Source of the DNA: Octopus vulgaris
Taxonomy: Eukaryota
DNA length: 64,000 nt
Assembly: GCA_951406725.2 (NCBI GenBank)
Contig: OX597832.1
Location: 30,690,001-30,754,000, forward strand
Direction of reading: 5' to 3'
Positions within the stretch are counted from its first letter, which is position 1, and each line of letters opens with the position of its first letter. Under the pieces are notes generated by a model. It made no database searches. It was not told where the DNA came from and worked only from the letters and a program-made list of their open reading frames with translations. Position numbers and translations under genes: made by a program. This document shows, one piece after another, positions 13,751 to 25,431 of this stretch.

Positions 13751-13973
13751 ATTATTGACATTGGACGGATAGGTGTCCTCATCTCGTTTGTTGCTATCAC
13801 AACGCTTTGCCTGATTTACTCTCCAGCCTTCATCAAGTGTCCTGGTGGAATTTTGAACCCAACCCTGGGTTCTCAATTTCACTGGGACACCTGAGGAAGG
13901 CTGGAGAGTAAATCAGCCAAAGCGTTGTGATAACAAACAAGATGAGGACACCTATCCGGCCAATGTAAATAAT
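13751..13973. repeat. Long inverted repeat (Penelope-like fold-back)
   Basis: ~105-bp arms, each carrying a degenerate hammerhead core. Confidence 0.85.
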
Positions 13974-15067
13974 GCACAGAATTCCTCATCTCTAAAAACA
14001 TCAGAATTGCTGTGGGCTCAATGTAATAAGGGTGTCAGTCAGAGAGCTGGTGTTCACACTCCTTATTCCAAGGAGTTCATGGTACTGCTGTGGTATCACC
14101 ATAACTGGATAGGGTTTTGTTAGTGAGCTGAACTACACTGACAGAAAAATTAAATGAGCTCAAGGGTTTCAGATATTGGCACAAGGGCTAGAAATTTTAG
14201 GGGAGAAGGGATTGGTCTATTACATTGACCTTGATACTTTATTTCAGTGGGCTGTGGAAGGATGAAGACGAAGTTGATGTTAGAATCTAAAGAGCTGAAA
14301 GACAAGCTACTAAGCATTTGGCCAGTTTGCTGCTTTGAGGAGCAAATGTCCTTAACATTTTGAGTCCTTGCCTGTGGAAGGAAGAGGTGGTCGCTCTCAA
14401 ATCAGACTCTACAATATTAAGAAAAAAAAAGATACTTTTTTATATATATATATACAAAAATGACAGGATGGTCATGGTTGGAATGCCTTTGACCACTGGG
14501 CTGACATGAGGCTGAAGAAGACTTCATAAATCACTGCTAAACACTTTCTTCTCCAGTAGTGCTTTACTGATCTAATTAATAATTCATCATTTGACATTTC
14601 CATCAGTGTATTTTATTATTAATGAGGAGACAGGCATGTTTGTTTGTGTGTGTGTATGTATGTATATATATATGTACATATATATTTAGATATGTGTGTG
14701 TATATATATACACACACACAAACATGTACATGCACAACATGGCGTTACAAACGAACTCTTAGGCTTTCAATGCTCTATTGTCTAAGTGAATAAGCCTCAC
14801 CCTTCTACCACTAATTACACCTCCTGCTCTGACTAATTAATGTTGCTTAATTGCAACAAACATTTCTGAAGCTCAACAATAATATTGAGGCAAACATTAA
14901 TATTCAGCGGAAAGCCAATGCAATTGGAAGGAAGCCCTGACATACCACTGGTACATTTCCAGATTTCATCAAAGGTTGAAAAGTGTAGTTTGATGACTGG
15001 AGAGAGATTTTTTAAGCTAAGAACAAAAACGGGTTTTTAAACAAACACAGCATCTCTTCAAACATGT

Positions 15068-15294
15068 TTAACCCTTTCGTTACTCTATTTCTGTTGAGAT
15101 GCTCTGTTTTTCTCTCAATTATTTCAAATATAACAAAGAATTTAGTAAAATAACTTAGTTATCATTCAGCTAGTGTTAGGAACAAATTGTGACTAAGGTT
15201 TGGTGGAAGATTTGTATTCAAAACTTATGAAAACAAGACATTTGTACTACAGAGCCAGAGCTGGTTTCAGCTGTGCTGCTAATGAAAGGGTTGA
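15068..15294 (-). mobile_element. piggyBac-like MITE, same family (inverted)
   Basis: TTAA-CCCTTTCGTTAC...AATGAAAGGG-TTGA. Confidence 0.85.
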
Positions 15295-15365
15295 CCAATT
15301 TTGTCACTTGTCATTCTTAATCTTTTTGCTGTGAAATGAAATTTCAGGTTTATTCCATAATAATG

Positions 15366-15594
15366 TTAACCCTTTTGTTACCAACTCGCCTGAAACTGCC
15401 TCTGACTCTGTAGTACAAATGCCTTGTTTTTGTAAGTTTTGAATTAAAATTTTCTACCAAACCTTAGTCACAATTAATGTTCCTAACACTAGCTGAATGA
15501 TTACTAAGTCATTTTACTAAATTCTTTGTTATATTTAAAATAATTGGAAGAAACACAGAGCATCTCAACAGAAATATGGTAACAAAAGGGTTAA
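15366..15594 (+). mobile_element. piggyBac-like MITE, same family
   Basis: TTAA-CCCTTTTGTTACC...GGTAACAAAAGGG-TTAA, perfect TIR and TSD. Confidence 0.88.
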
Positions 15595-17669
15595 ATATCT
15601 ACCAAAAAAGCAGAATTGTTATTTTCTGCAAGTCATGTTGTCAAAGTAAACCAGATAAAACTAGTTTCAATCATGACATTTCTCATCTAAAACTGCTTTC
15701 TGCAGTTAAAGGTAAGGAAATTTATGTGGATGGATCTGAGTTCCACAGTAAAAGGGCCAAAGGAAAATTCATAATAATGTTTTCCAACATAGGTACAAGG
15801 CCACACATTTGGCCAAACAGAGGAAGATAGTTTATTACTGGTACTTAAACACAAGCTAACGATGTCACCTGTATGTAGTCACTCAAGCGGAGAGAAATAG
15901 CTGCCAAATTTTCCTGAAATCATACGCCATCCAGCTTCAAAAAAAAAATGAGATAGTCATGGCTGGAGTGGCTTTGATCATAGATCTGCTTGATCAGAAC
16001 AGAACAACATAGACAATACTATTACAGCTGAAGAATAAACCAGCGAAAATATAAATAAAAACAGTGTTTCTTTGTTTTTTTTTTTATATTACCTTTGTAA
16101 ATAAAATCAGAAAAATCAACAATTAAACTGGATGTATCCGGCTCAATTATTCTACCTGTTTTATGTTCAAACTGACCAGATCCAACATCTCACACCTACC
16201 CTACAATGTCATTCTAAAAATACACAAACAAATCATCATCTCAAAAGAACGAGATGATACAGTAATGCCTCAGTATAGGGGTCAATATATTCCCCGAGAC
16301 CCCTCGTGAAGCAGAGCAATGATTTCCCATAGGAGCAATGTTATAAATCGTAACTCATTCCCAGAAAAACATTTTATCTATAAAATTTATAATTCTCGTA
16401 AATAAATGGCAAGAAAACAACAGTAGAATGTAAAGAATATTTTATGTAAACTAAAAAGAATGTCAAAATCACTCATAATAATATTATTTATAATAATTTT
16501 CTGAATCACTTTCACTCGCACTAGACTCTTGTGCACAGCATCACTTGTAAACGTGATTGTCGATTCACAAACACACGTGGATAGACTTGTAGATTTGCTT
16601 TTTGAAAAAAAAAGTCTAAAAAAGTTGTTTGTCTAGAAAGAGCTTTCTTCTTGCTCCCTATAAATTTCTTGGTAACACGCAGAAGCATTTTGGTAGTAGA
16701 AACTTTTGCACTTTATTCAAAATTTGGATTTGTGCTTGAGAAATAAAACTCGTAAACTTAGAGTCTTGTAAAGTGGACATTACACATTTGACAGAGTAAT
16801 CTGAATGCTAAAGGGCGAAACTAACCTCCATGCCAAAACTGAGTTTTAATAAATTCAGTCTTACTCGATCCTAAAGCTTTTAGTAAACTGAGAACTGAAA
16901 CCAATTTCTAAATAGGAGATCAGATTTTTATCTCTTAATTTCGAATGAATCACCAGCGATGTCTAACAGCATTGGTATAAAATATGTTGATCGGATTACC
17001 TCAAGAAAAATTTAGGAAGAAAGTGGGGAACCAAATTACCACAAGAGAAAAAACAAAAAAAAAGAAATATGAATTTCAATGTGAGAGAAAAAGATTGATT
17101 GATTGAAGTGAGGAAAAAGTGAGGCAGAGGAAAGCTAAAATGAAGTTTCAAAGATTCCTTAATTGCAATTATAGTTCAGGGGTGAAATAAAGGATGTATT
17201 AAAAGGAAGAAACATGGAGGTAGGCACATAACATAATTAGTTGAATACTGAATAAAATACTTTGTAACCTGGTCAGGTCCCCAAGTCTCAAATGGCATCA
17301 GGTTCCACTTTGTCTTTATATCTTCCTACGGTTGAAGAAAACAAATACTGGGGACAGTGAATTCACTATACCTTAGAAGGTAATGCCCCAGAATGGCCAT
17401 GATCCAGTGATTGTAACTAAGCAAACAACAAGAGATACAATAACTATTCAAAGACGAGATTTGATGGGAAATCTTGAAAGAAATTAGTGGATCCTAAGAA
17501 CACATCGGAAAGGAATGCTACTACTTTATTTGCTTCAGTTATTGGACTATGGTCATACTGGAGCAAGCATCAGAAAGCATAGCCGAACCAGCCCAGAATT
17601 TGTGCGTGTGTGTACCTAAATTTATTTATATGTAAGACATAACTACACAGATACAGATATAGGTTTATC

Positions 17670-17725
<56 letters not shown>

Positions 17726-18062
17726 TATAAATATATCATCATGTGTGTATATTATTTGAAGCTGATGACCACCACTCCTCACTACTGCGTTTCTTGCATT
17801 TCTTCCGTCAGGCAACAAAAATCAATAAACAGCTTTGAACAAATAAATAACCTCTACAACCTGTATTGAGCACTCTTTCTCCAGTCCATATATCCAAACA
17901 TTACAAATATATATATATATATATATATAAACCATCCAGCAGAAATAACTGGACCCACACTGGTTTCTAGAATTGCTATATTATGTGTGTGTATATGTGT
18001 AGATTTCTATGCAACTGTGTGTGTGTGTGTGTATATGAGGTGTGCAAATGCATCAGGTGTAT

Positions 18063-18230
18063 TTATCTAGTGTCCAGTAACATGGTACCAGGTTTCTCTA
18101 GGTAACTTTTCCATATATTTGAAAAGCGTGCCATTGTGGCGCCGTCTATTACACGATGGTCGGCGGACCAGCTGACCTGCATGGTGTGTGCCTTCACAAT
18201 TTCTCCCTCGTGGTTGAATTTGGGTCGAAC
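18063..18230 (-). CDS. DBT: DBT exon 10 (terminal coding)
   Basis: [55 protein letters not shown]. Confidence 0.96.
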   Translation of the reverse strand, partial: VRPKFNHEGEIVKAHTMQVSWSADHRVIDGATMARFSNIWKSYLEKPGTMLLDTR

Positions 18231-18816
18231 CTGATGCGAGAACAAATGCAAAAGGAAAAAGATCAGGAAGAGAAGATTAACAACAAGTACAACAATATGT
18301 GTGTGTGTGTGTGTGTGTCTAAGCACATGTGTGTGTGTGGGTCTAAGCACATGTGTGTGTGTGGGTCTAAGCACATGTGTGTATGTGTGAGTCTAAGCAG
18401 ATGTGTGTGTGTGTGTGTGTCTAAGCACATGTGTGTGTGTGTGTCTAAGCACGTGTGTGTATGTGTGAGTCTAAGCACATGTGTGTGTGTGTGAGTGTCT
18501 AAGCACATGTGTGTGTGTGTGTGTGTGTCTAAGCACGTGTGAGTGTGTGTGTGTGTCTAAGCACATGTGTGTGTGTCTAAGCACATGTGTGTATGTGTGA
18601 GTCTAAGCACATGTGTGTGAGTGTCTAAGCACATGTGTGTGTGTGTGTCTAAGCACATGTGTGTGTGTGTGTCTAAGCACGTGTGTGTTTGTGTGTCTAA
18701 GCACGTGTGTGTGTGTGTGTGTCTAAGCACATGTGTGTGTGTGTGTCTAAGCACGTGTGTGTGTGTGAGTGTCTAAGCACATGTGTGTGTGTGTGTCTAA
18801 GCACGTGTGTGTCTAA

Positions 18817-18854
<38 letters not shown>

Positions 18855-21800
18855 TAAGACTACAGCTCAAAAATAAAATCCCAGATGGTAAAAAGAGAAA
18901 CAAACAAGAAATTCAGTGAGAAAAGTATTAAAAATAACCATTAACAAATATGGATGTATAAACAGCGTCGGGCAAGCTGCATGGTGCGAGTACACCTCAC
19001 CCATACAAGTATATATACAAGGTTTCATCAATAAATATCTAGACTGTTGCCATAGTAACAAAGCTAAAACACACAGAGTGAAGTCGCTTGGCACAGATCG
19101 ACCTGAAACTCTGCTGTGCAAGCTTTAATGTTCTAGCTCACTTCCGCTGCTTACAGCAATGCTTCGAAGGAAGGTGTGTAGCGTGTGATCGTTGCATTGA
19201 CCATCACAGAGGAAGCTGAGCAGAGAATCTGCATCAAAATTTGCAAAAGGCTTGGCAATACCTGCTCAGAAGCCTACGCAAAGTTCTCAAAAAGTTTTCA
19301 TTGTTCTCGACACAATCAAAGAGATCTTGTGCAACTGAAACCCGAGTGTCCTTATGGTCAGCTGAAAGCAGTTTTGGCTCAAACTTGGCAGACACGCGTC
19401 TCATACCCAAATCTTTATTGATAAATGAACTGAACTGAGCCATAACTAATCTGCCCATCCTCTGATAACTCACGGATGGTGATTCGATGATTTCCCCTCA
19501 GCTGCATGCACATCTCCTGTTTCTCTCAGTCCTGCTGGTCACAGGTCTCCCAGAACATTCATCAATATTGACGTTTTTTTCTGCTATTTTGTAATCATCT
19601 GAATACACTCGTCTTTATATGCTTTCTGCAACTTTGCGTAGGCCTTTGAGTAGGTATCGCCATGACAACTTTCTGTCAAGGTCAATGGGTCAATGCGACG
19701 ATCACACGCTACACACCTTCCTTCCAAGCACTGCTGTAAGCAGCGGAAGTGAGTTAGAATGTTAAAACCAAGTGCACATGCACAGCAGAGCTCAAGGTCA
19801 ATCTTTGCCAAGCAGCTTTACTCTTTGTGCATTAGTTTCATTACTATGGCAACAGTCCGGATACTTATTGATCAGACCTCATATACATTTATATATATAT
19901 ATACACATAAGTTTATATAAGACATGGGACAAGGGAGATCCATGAAGACATACGATGACATCATGATGCTGATCTTTTCAGACGAGATGACAAAGGACCA
20001 AGATACCTGGCACCTTGCAGTACTCAAGAAGACCCATCCTTCACAACAGAAGTGTTAAGACCATCCCCCTTGGTGAAGACGATTCGCCTGTAAGAGTCCT
20101 GGTCTGGTGCCATGTCAAAAGCACTCGTGCCATTGCCATGCAGAAGTACTTGGGCCGGTGCCTCGTCAAAAGCACCCAGCACATAATATTAAGTCACTGG
20201 TATTAGGAAGGGCATCCAGCCGTAGAAACCAAGCCAAATCAGACGGGGCCCTAGTGCAGCTCTCCAACTTGTCAGCTCTGGTCAAACTGCCCGCCTCAAG
20301 CCAGCATGGAAAATGACCGTTAAAGGATGATGATGATAATGTATCTATGTATGGCCTATTGTGTAGGTCTTTGTCCCAGCACCACAGCTTGACAACTGCT
20401 TTTGGTGCGTTTAAGTTCCTGTAACTTAGCAGTTTTGTAAATGAGACTGCTAGAATAAGTACCAGGTAAAGAAAATAGGTACTGGGTCAGTTTGTTTGAC
20501 TATAACCCTCAAGGTAACGCTCCAGCATGGCCACAATTCAATGACTGGAACCAGTAAAAGATAGGAGAGTATTGCAGTTCACTGGAGGCATTGTTTATTG
20601 CTTGTGAAATATAAAATGTCTTGAATGGCAAAACAATGCAGGGTGGACTGTTATGATAACTGTTATGTTTTAATTATTCATAGTCTGATATAATATTTTG
20701 GAATATAAAGTTCCCTTCTTCAGATATTGCTAGGAATTGATCAAGTTACTGCTTTAATCGGTTTTCCATGAGTCTTTTTCAGAAGCGTCTCTACAGAATG
20801 TGTTTAGGGGAGAGAAACGAGAGAGAGAGAGAGAGGGAGTATGGGACATAAAGAAAGTGTAAAAGGTGTAAAACTTACTGATATCTTTCCAAGTGCACCG
20901 ATGGCTACTTCAGGGGGCATTATCAATGGACGTGCATAGGTTCCACCAATCTAGGAAAATATATTAAGATAACACATATACATATATCTATATATATATA
21001 TCTATACACACACATATACACATACATACATACACACATATATAACATTATACACAAACTTTTACATATATTTGTGTGTATATGTGTCAATAAATTTACA
21101 ATAGTTTTTCTATGCTTGCATAGGTTAGGAGTTGTGGTCCACATGAATTCCTCAGTGGTTACTGTACCTACCACACACACACACACACACACACACACCA
21201 GAGACCACATCTTGTTTGTATGCTTTATTTTTGGCATGTTTTACATGGCTGGATGCTCTTCCTGTCACCAACCACTTTACAAACGGAACTGACTGCATCA
21301 GGCTGTCAAAGTTAAAGTCCTCTCTACTCACTGCTATTTCAGTTCATTTTGCAGCATCACTGAACCCCCCCCCCACACCATTCCTCCACTTATTGTTGGC
21401 TTTTGTCATTTCCCTAGTGAGAACCATCTTTAAAAAACTTCAAAAGTTCTTCGCCTGTTTTTCTTGGTCACCTTTTTTCAGAGGCTCCAACCACAAGAAG
21501 TATGGTTTCTAACCACATGGTTCTGCATTCAGTGCCACTGTGTGTCACCTTGAGCAAGTGTCTCCTACTATAGCCTGAGGCTGACCAAAGCCTTGTGAAT
21601 AGATTTAGTAGATGGAAACTGAAAGAAGCCTGGTAATCATTACACAGTTTGATTGAATTTAAAACACTTCAGTTTCCAGTCAAACTAAGATTTTGATATT
21701 TCAATTAATATTTCAATTAACAAATCTCAGGGTGAATCCCTCAAGACTTGATCTCTCTGCTACATGCTTCTCTCACAGCCAACTTAGAAGCAACAATAAT

Positions 21801-24800
21801 TTATTCATTTCAACACCAACAAAAAAATGACACAATTAAATATTGTTCACCCTGTGGTGCTTCAACATTGACAGACTTTCAGCTCAAAATTCTATTTTCA
21901 TTACAATTTGGATATTTTAAAAATAAAATATAGATATTTTGAAATAATTATGAGAATATATCTTTATATTCGTTGTTTACTAATCTGAATAAAAACAGCA
22001 GTAAGCTGGGCAACACCAGGTCATTCAGCTAGTACATATATGTGTGTATGTATATATATATACACACATACATGTCTTCCCTTCTCTGGATCTTTCCTTC
22101 TCTTATGTTTCCGACGAAGAACTTCACTCAAAACGTTAAACCCTCCTTCTTTCCTGAGCATCCAATAATACTATATTTGTTCCACGTCCTCGTGTTGTTG
22201 TGTTTTTTTGTGCTTTCTTGTTTGGATTAACTATATATATATATATATCATCATCATCATCTATATATATATATATCTATATACATAATGTATATAACAC
22301 ATATACACAAATAGCTGATGTGTTAAGCAGTGTTTGTTTTGGTGTTGTAACGTAACCCAAATGAATCTGAGATGTCATCGAGCAGGGAGAGTGAGTAAAT
22401 AAACACACAAGATCATTCATAAACAAACCCTTTTATAGACTGTATAAAGGACACTTGTTTCTCTCTGTCCAGTGAATGTCAATTAGTTTAAATTCAACAC
22501 TCAGTGTTCATTGAAAACTTAATTTTATTTGATTGTACATAATATATTTTTGGAGAAGAGGGTAAAATGTTTGATGCTGAAGAGAAGTAAGGTGTGGTTT
22601 TTTTGAATGCCAAAGAGCCATAGATTTGTAAAGATTGGGAAGTAATGAGGTGAACAGTGTTGCTGAATGCACTGCAAAAAGACAACCTTGGTTTATGAGG
22701 AATCAGATGTATCATGCAAAAAGACAAAAACTTAGCATCAAAACAAATGTGTATGTGTGTGTGTGTGTGTGTGTATACACAAATATAAATAAACGGAGTG
22801 CTAAGAGCACCATCTGAGCATGATCCTTGCCAGAGTGGCTAACTGGCTTCCATGCTGGTGGCACGTAAAAAGCACCATTCGAGCGTGATCGTTACCAGCA
22901 TCGCCTTACTGGCACGTGAAAATCATTTGAGTGAGGTCGTAGCCAGTGCCGCTGGACTGGCTCCTGTGCAGGTGTCATGTAAAAAACACCATTCGAGCGT
23001 GGCCGTTGCCAGTACCGCCCGACTGGCCCTCGTGCCAGTGGCACATAAAAGCACCCACAACACTTTCAGAGTGGTTGGCGTTAAGGGCATCCAGCTGTAA
23101 TTCTGCCAGATCAGACTGGAGCCTGGTGCAGCCTCCTGGCTTCCCAGACCCCAGTCGAACCGTCCAACCCGTGCCGGCATGGAAAACGGACGTTAAACGA
23201 TGATGATGATGATATATATTATTTCTCACTGTGTGTGTGTGTGACAATGACATGTATGTAAAAAGAGAGACATATAAAGAGAGGAAGGAAGCCTGCATCA
23301 GGGTTTTATACAACTGTTAAACAACAACAACAAAAGCAGAGTCGTGAGGAATCTATAACTTACACTTCCAATGTTTGAAAGAGAGAAAGTGCCGCCTTTT
23401 AGTTCAGAGGGGCCAAGTTTGCCGTTGATGCCGAGTTCATGAAGTCGGTTCAATTCCAAAGCGATCTGGTGTAGACTCAAGCTTTGTACATTCTTTATGT
23501 TCGGGACAATCAAGCCATCAGGAGTGTCCATTGCAATACCAATGTTGTGGGAAGCCTGGAGAGAGAGAGAGAGAGAAAGTCTGACCATAACGAGGTAGGT
23601 TGCTAATGAACTTGCTTAACGAGGAGAATAACAGAAAGACAAATAAATAAAATGATGAGTGGATACATGGAGATAGATGTTTATAAGTAGAAGTGGATGG
23701 AGGTGAATACCCTGCACTCTGAGTTCAAATACCACCAAAGTCAATTTGTTTCTCATTATTTTGCAATCCATAAATGAAATATCTATTTTGTAATGGAGTC
23801 AATTCTGCTCTTCCGATCTGCCTCTCTCTCAATGTGTGTAGGGCACCGGTGCTAGTGCCACGTAAAAAAACACCCAGTACATTCTGTTGAGTTGACTTTG
23901 ACTTGAGACAGCATCCACCCGGGGTGGGTTGAGCTGGCTTCATTCATCCTCAATGCTGCATCTCTCACAAACGCCGACCAGACCTGGCAATTTGAGGCTA
24001 ACGACTGCGTGATCTCCAACCACACCTTATTCCAGCGACGAATGCCATAGATATGGGGGCCTAGGTTGGGTTCCAGATCAGCCTTGACTGTCATCAGCCA
24101 GGTTTTTCTGTTGAGTGGCTGGTGTTAAGAAGGGCAAAACGGACAATGGGACCTGATGTGACCCCTGGCCTTGCCAGTTCCTGTCAAGCCATCCAATCCA
24201 TGCTAGCATGGAAAACAGATGTTAAATGAAGATGATGATGATGAAGGTATAAATATATATGTAGTTATAAGCACTCAGGCTTTTGTGTCTTACTGGCACC
24301 TGTGCCAGTGGCATGTGTAAAAAGATTCGAGCGAGGTCATTGCCAGTACCACCTGACTGGCCCCGCGTAATTTATATTAATGACAACAACAGTAACAAAA
24401 AAAACAAATATACCTTGTATGTGATGTTCTCACAGTTAGAATCAACTGAGGCATTCAAGACTGGATATTCTAACAGAGCCAACGAGGTAGACTACAGGGA
24501 AGAAGAGAGGAAATTTAAAATCCATTAATTTAGAATCACAGACAACAATAATTAATTTAGAATCAGCATTCATTCGTTTTTGCATGTATTTTTTTTAAAG
24601 AAAGATTTTTGTCTAAAATCAATTCCTGGGAGAAACACGACCGACTTAACTAAAATCTGCTGTAATATCCTGAAAGAGGTTTTACCTCAGATATTGGTTA
24701 AGTCAGTCATTTTGTAAGCTAAATCACACAGAAACTGTAAAATGATATTTATTTATTATTATTATTATGAGTGAATTTGGAAGGAAACTGAAAGAAGCCC

Positions 24801-25394
24801 AGTATGTGTACACACACACACACACGTGTATACATCTGTGTGTTTACATTTGTATCTATTATTCAATTTTTTTTTTACTTATTTACATATTTCTTCATAT
24901 ACCTATCTTTATACTTATACATACATAAAATTTTATCTGAATATCTGTCTGTATTTACTTTTTAGGAGTGGGTTTCAGCCCCTTAAACTCATAAGCTGAT
25001 ATCATTTATTTAATTCCCTATGAATATGAACATAAATATTATATGTGTGTGGAGGCGCAATGGCTCAGTGGTTAGGGCAGCGGACTCACAGTTTTGATTC
25101 CCAGACCGGGCGTTGTGTGTGTTTATTGAGTGAAAACACCTAAAGCTCCACGAGGCTCCAGCAGGGGGTGGTGGCGAACCCTGTTGTACTCTTTTGCCCC
25201 AAGTTACTCCCACTCTTTCTTCCTGTTTCTTGAGTAACGCTGCGATGGACTGGCGTCCCGTCTAGCTGGGGGGGGGGAACACATACGCCATAAGTATAAG
25301 TTTACCGATAAAGGTTCTTTTAACATACTGAACTACCTGGTAAGATTATTAATTATAAATTGATTAATTAATTTTACCCTTTATCATTATTGAT

Positions 25395-25431
<37 letters not shown>

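Noticed and set aside
18297-18852. CRISPR array
   Set aside because: The repeat is only ~9 bp, spacers are (GT)n rather than unique sequence, there are no cas genes, and the context is a eukaryotic intron.
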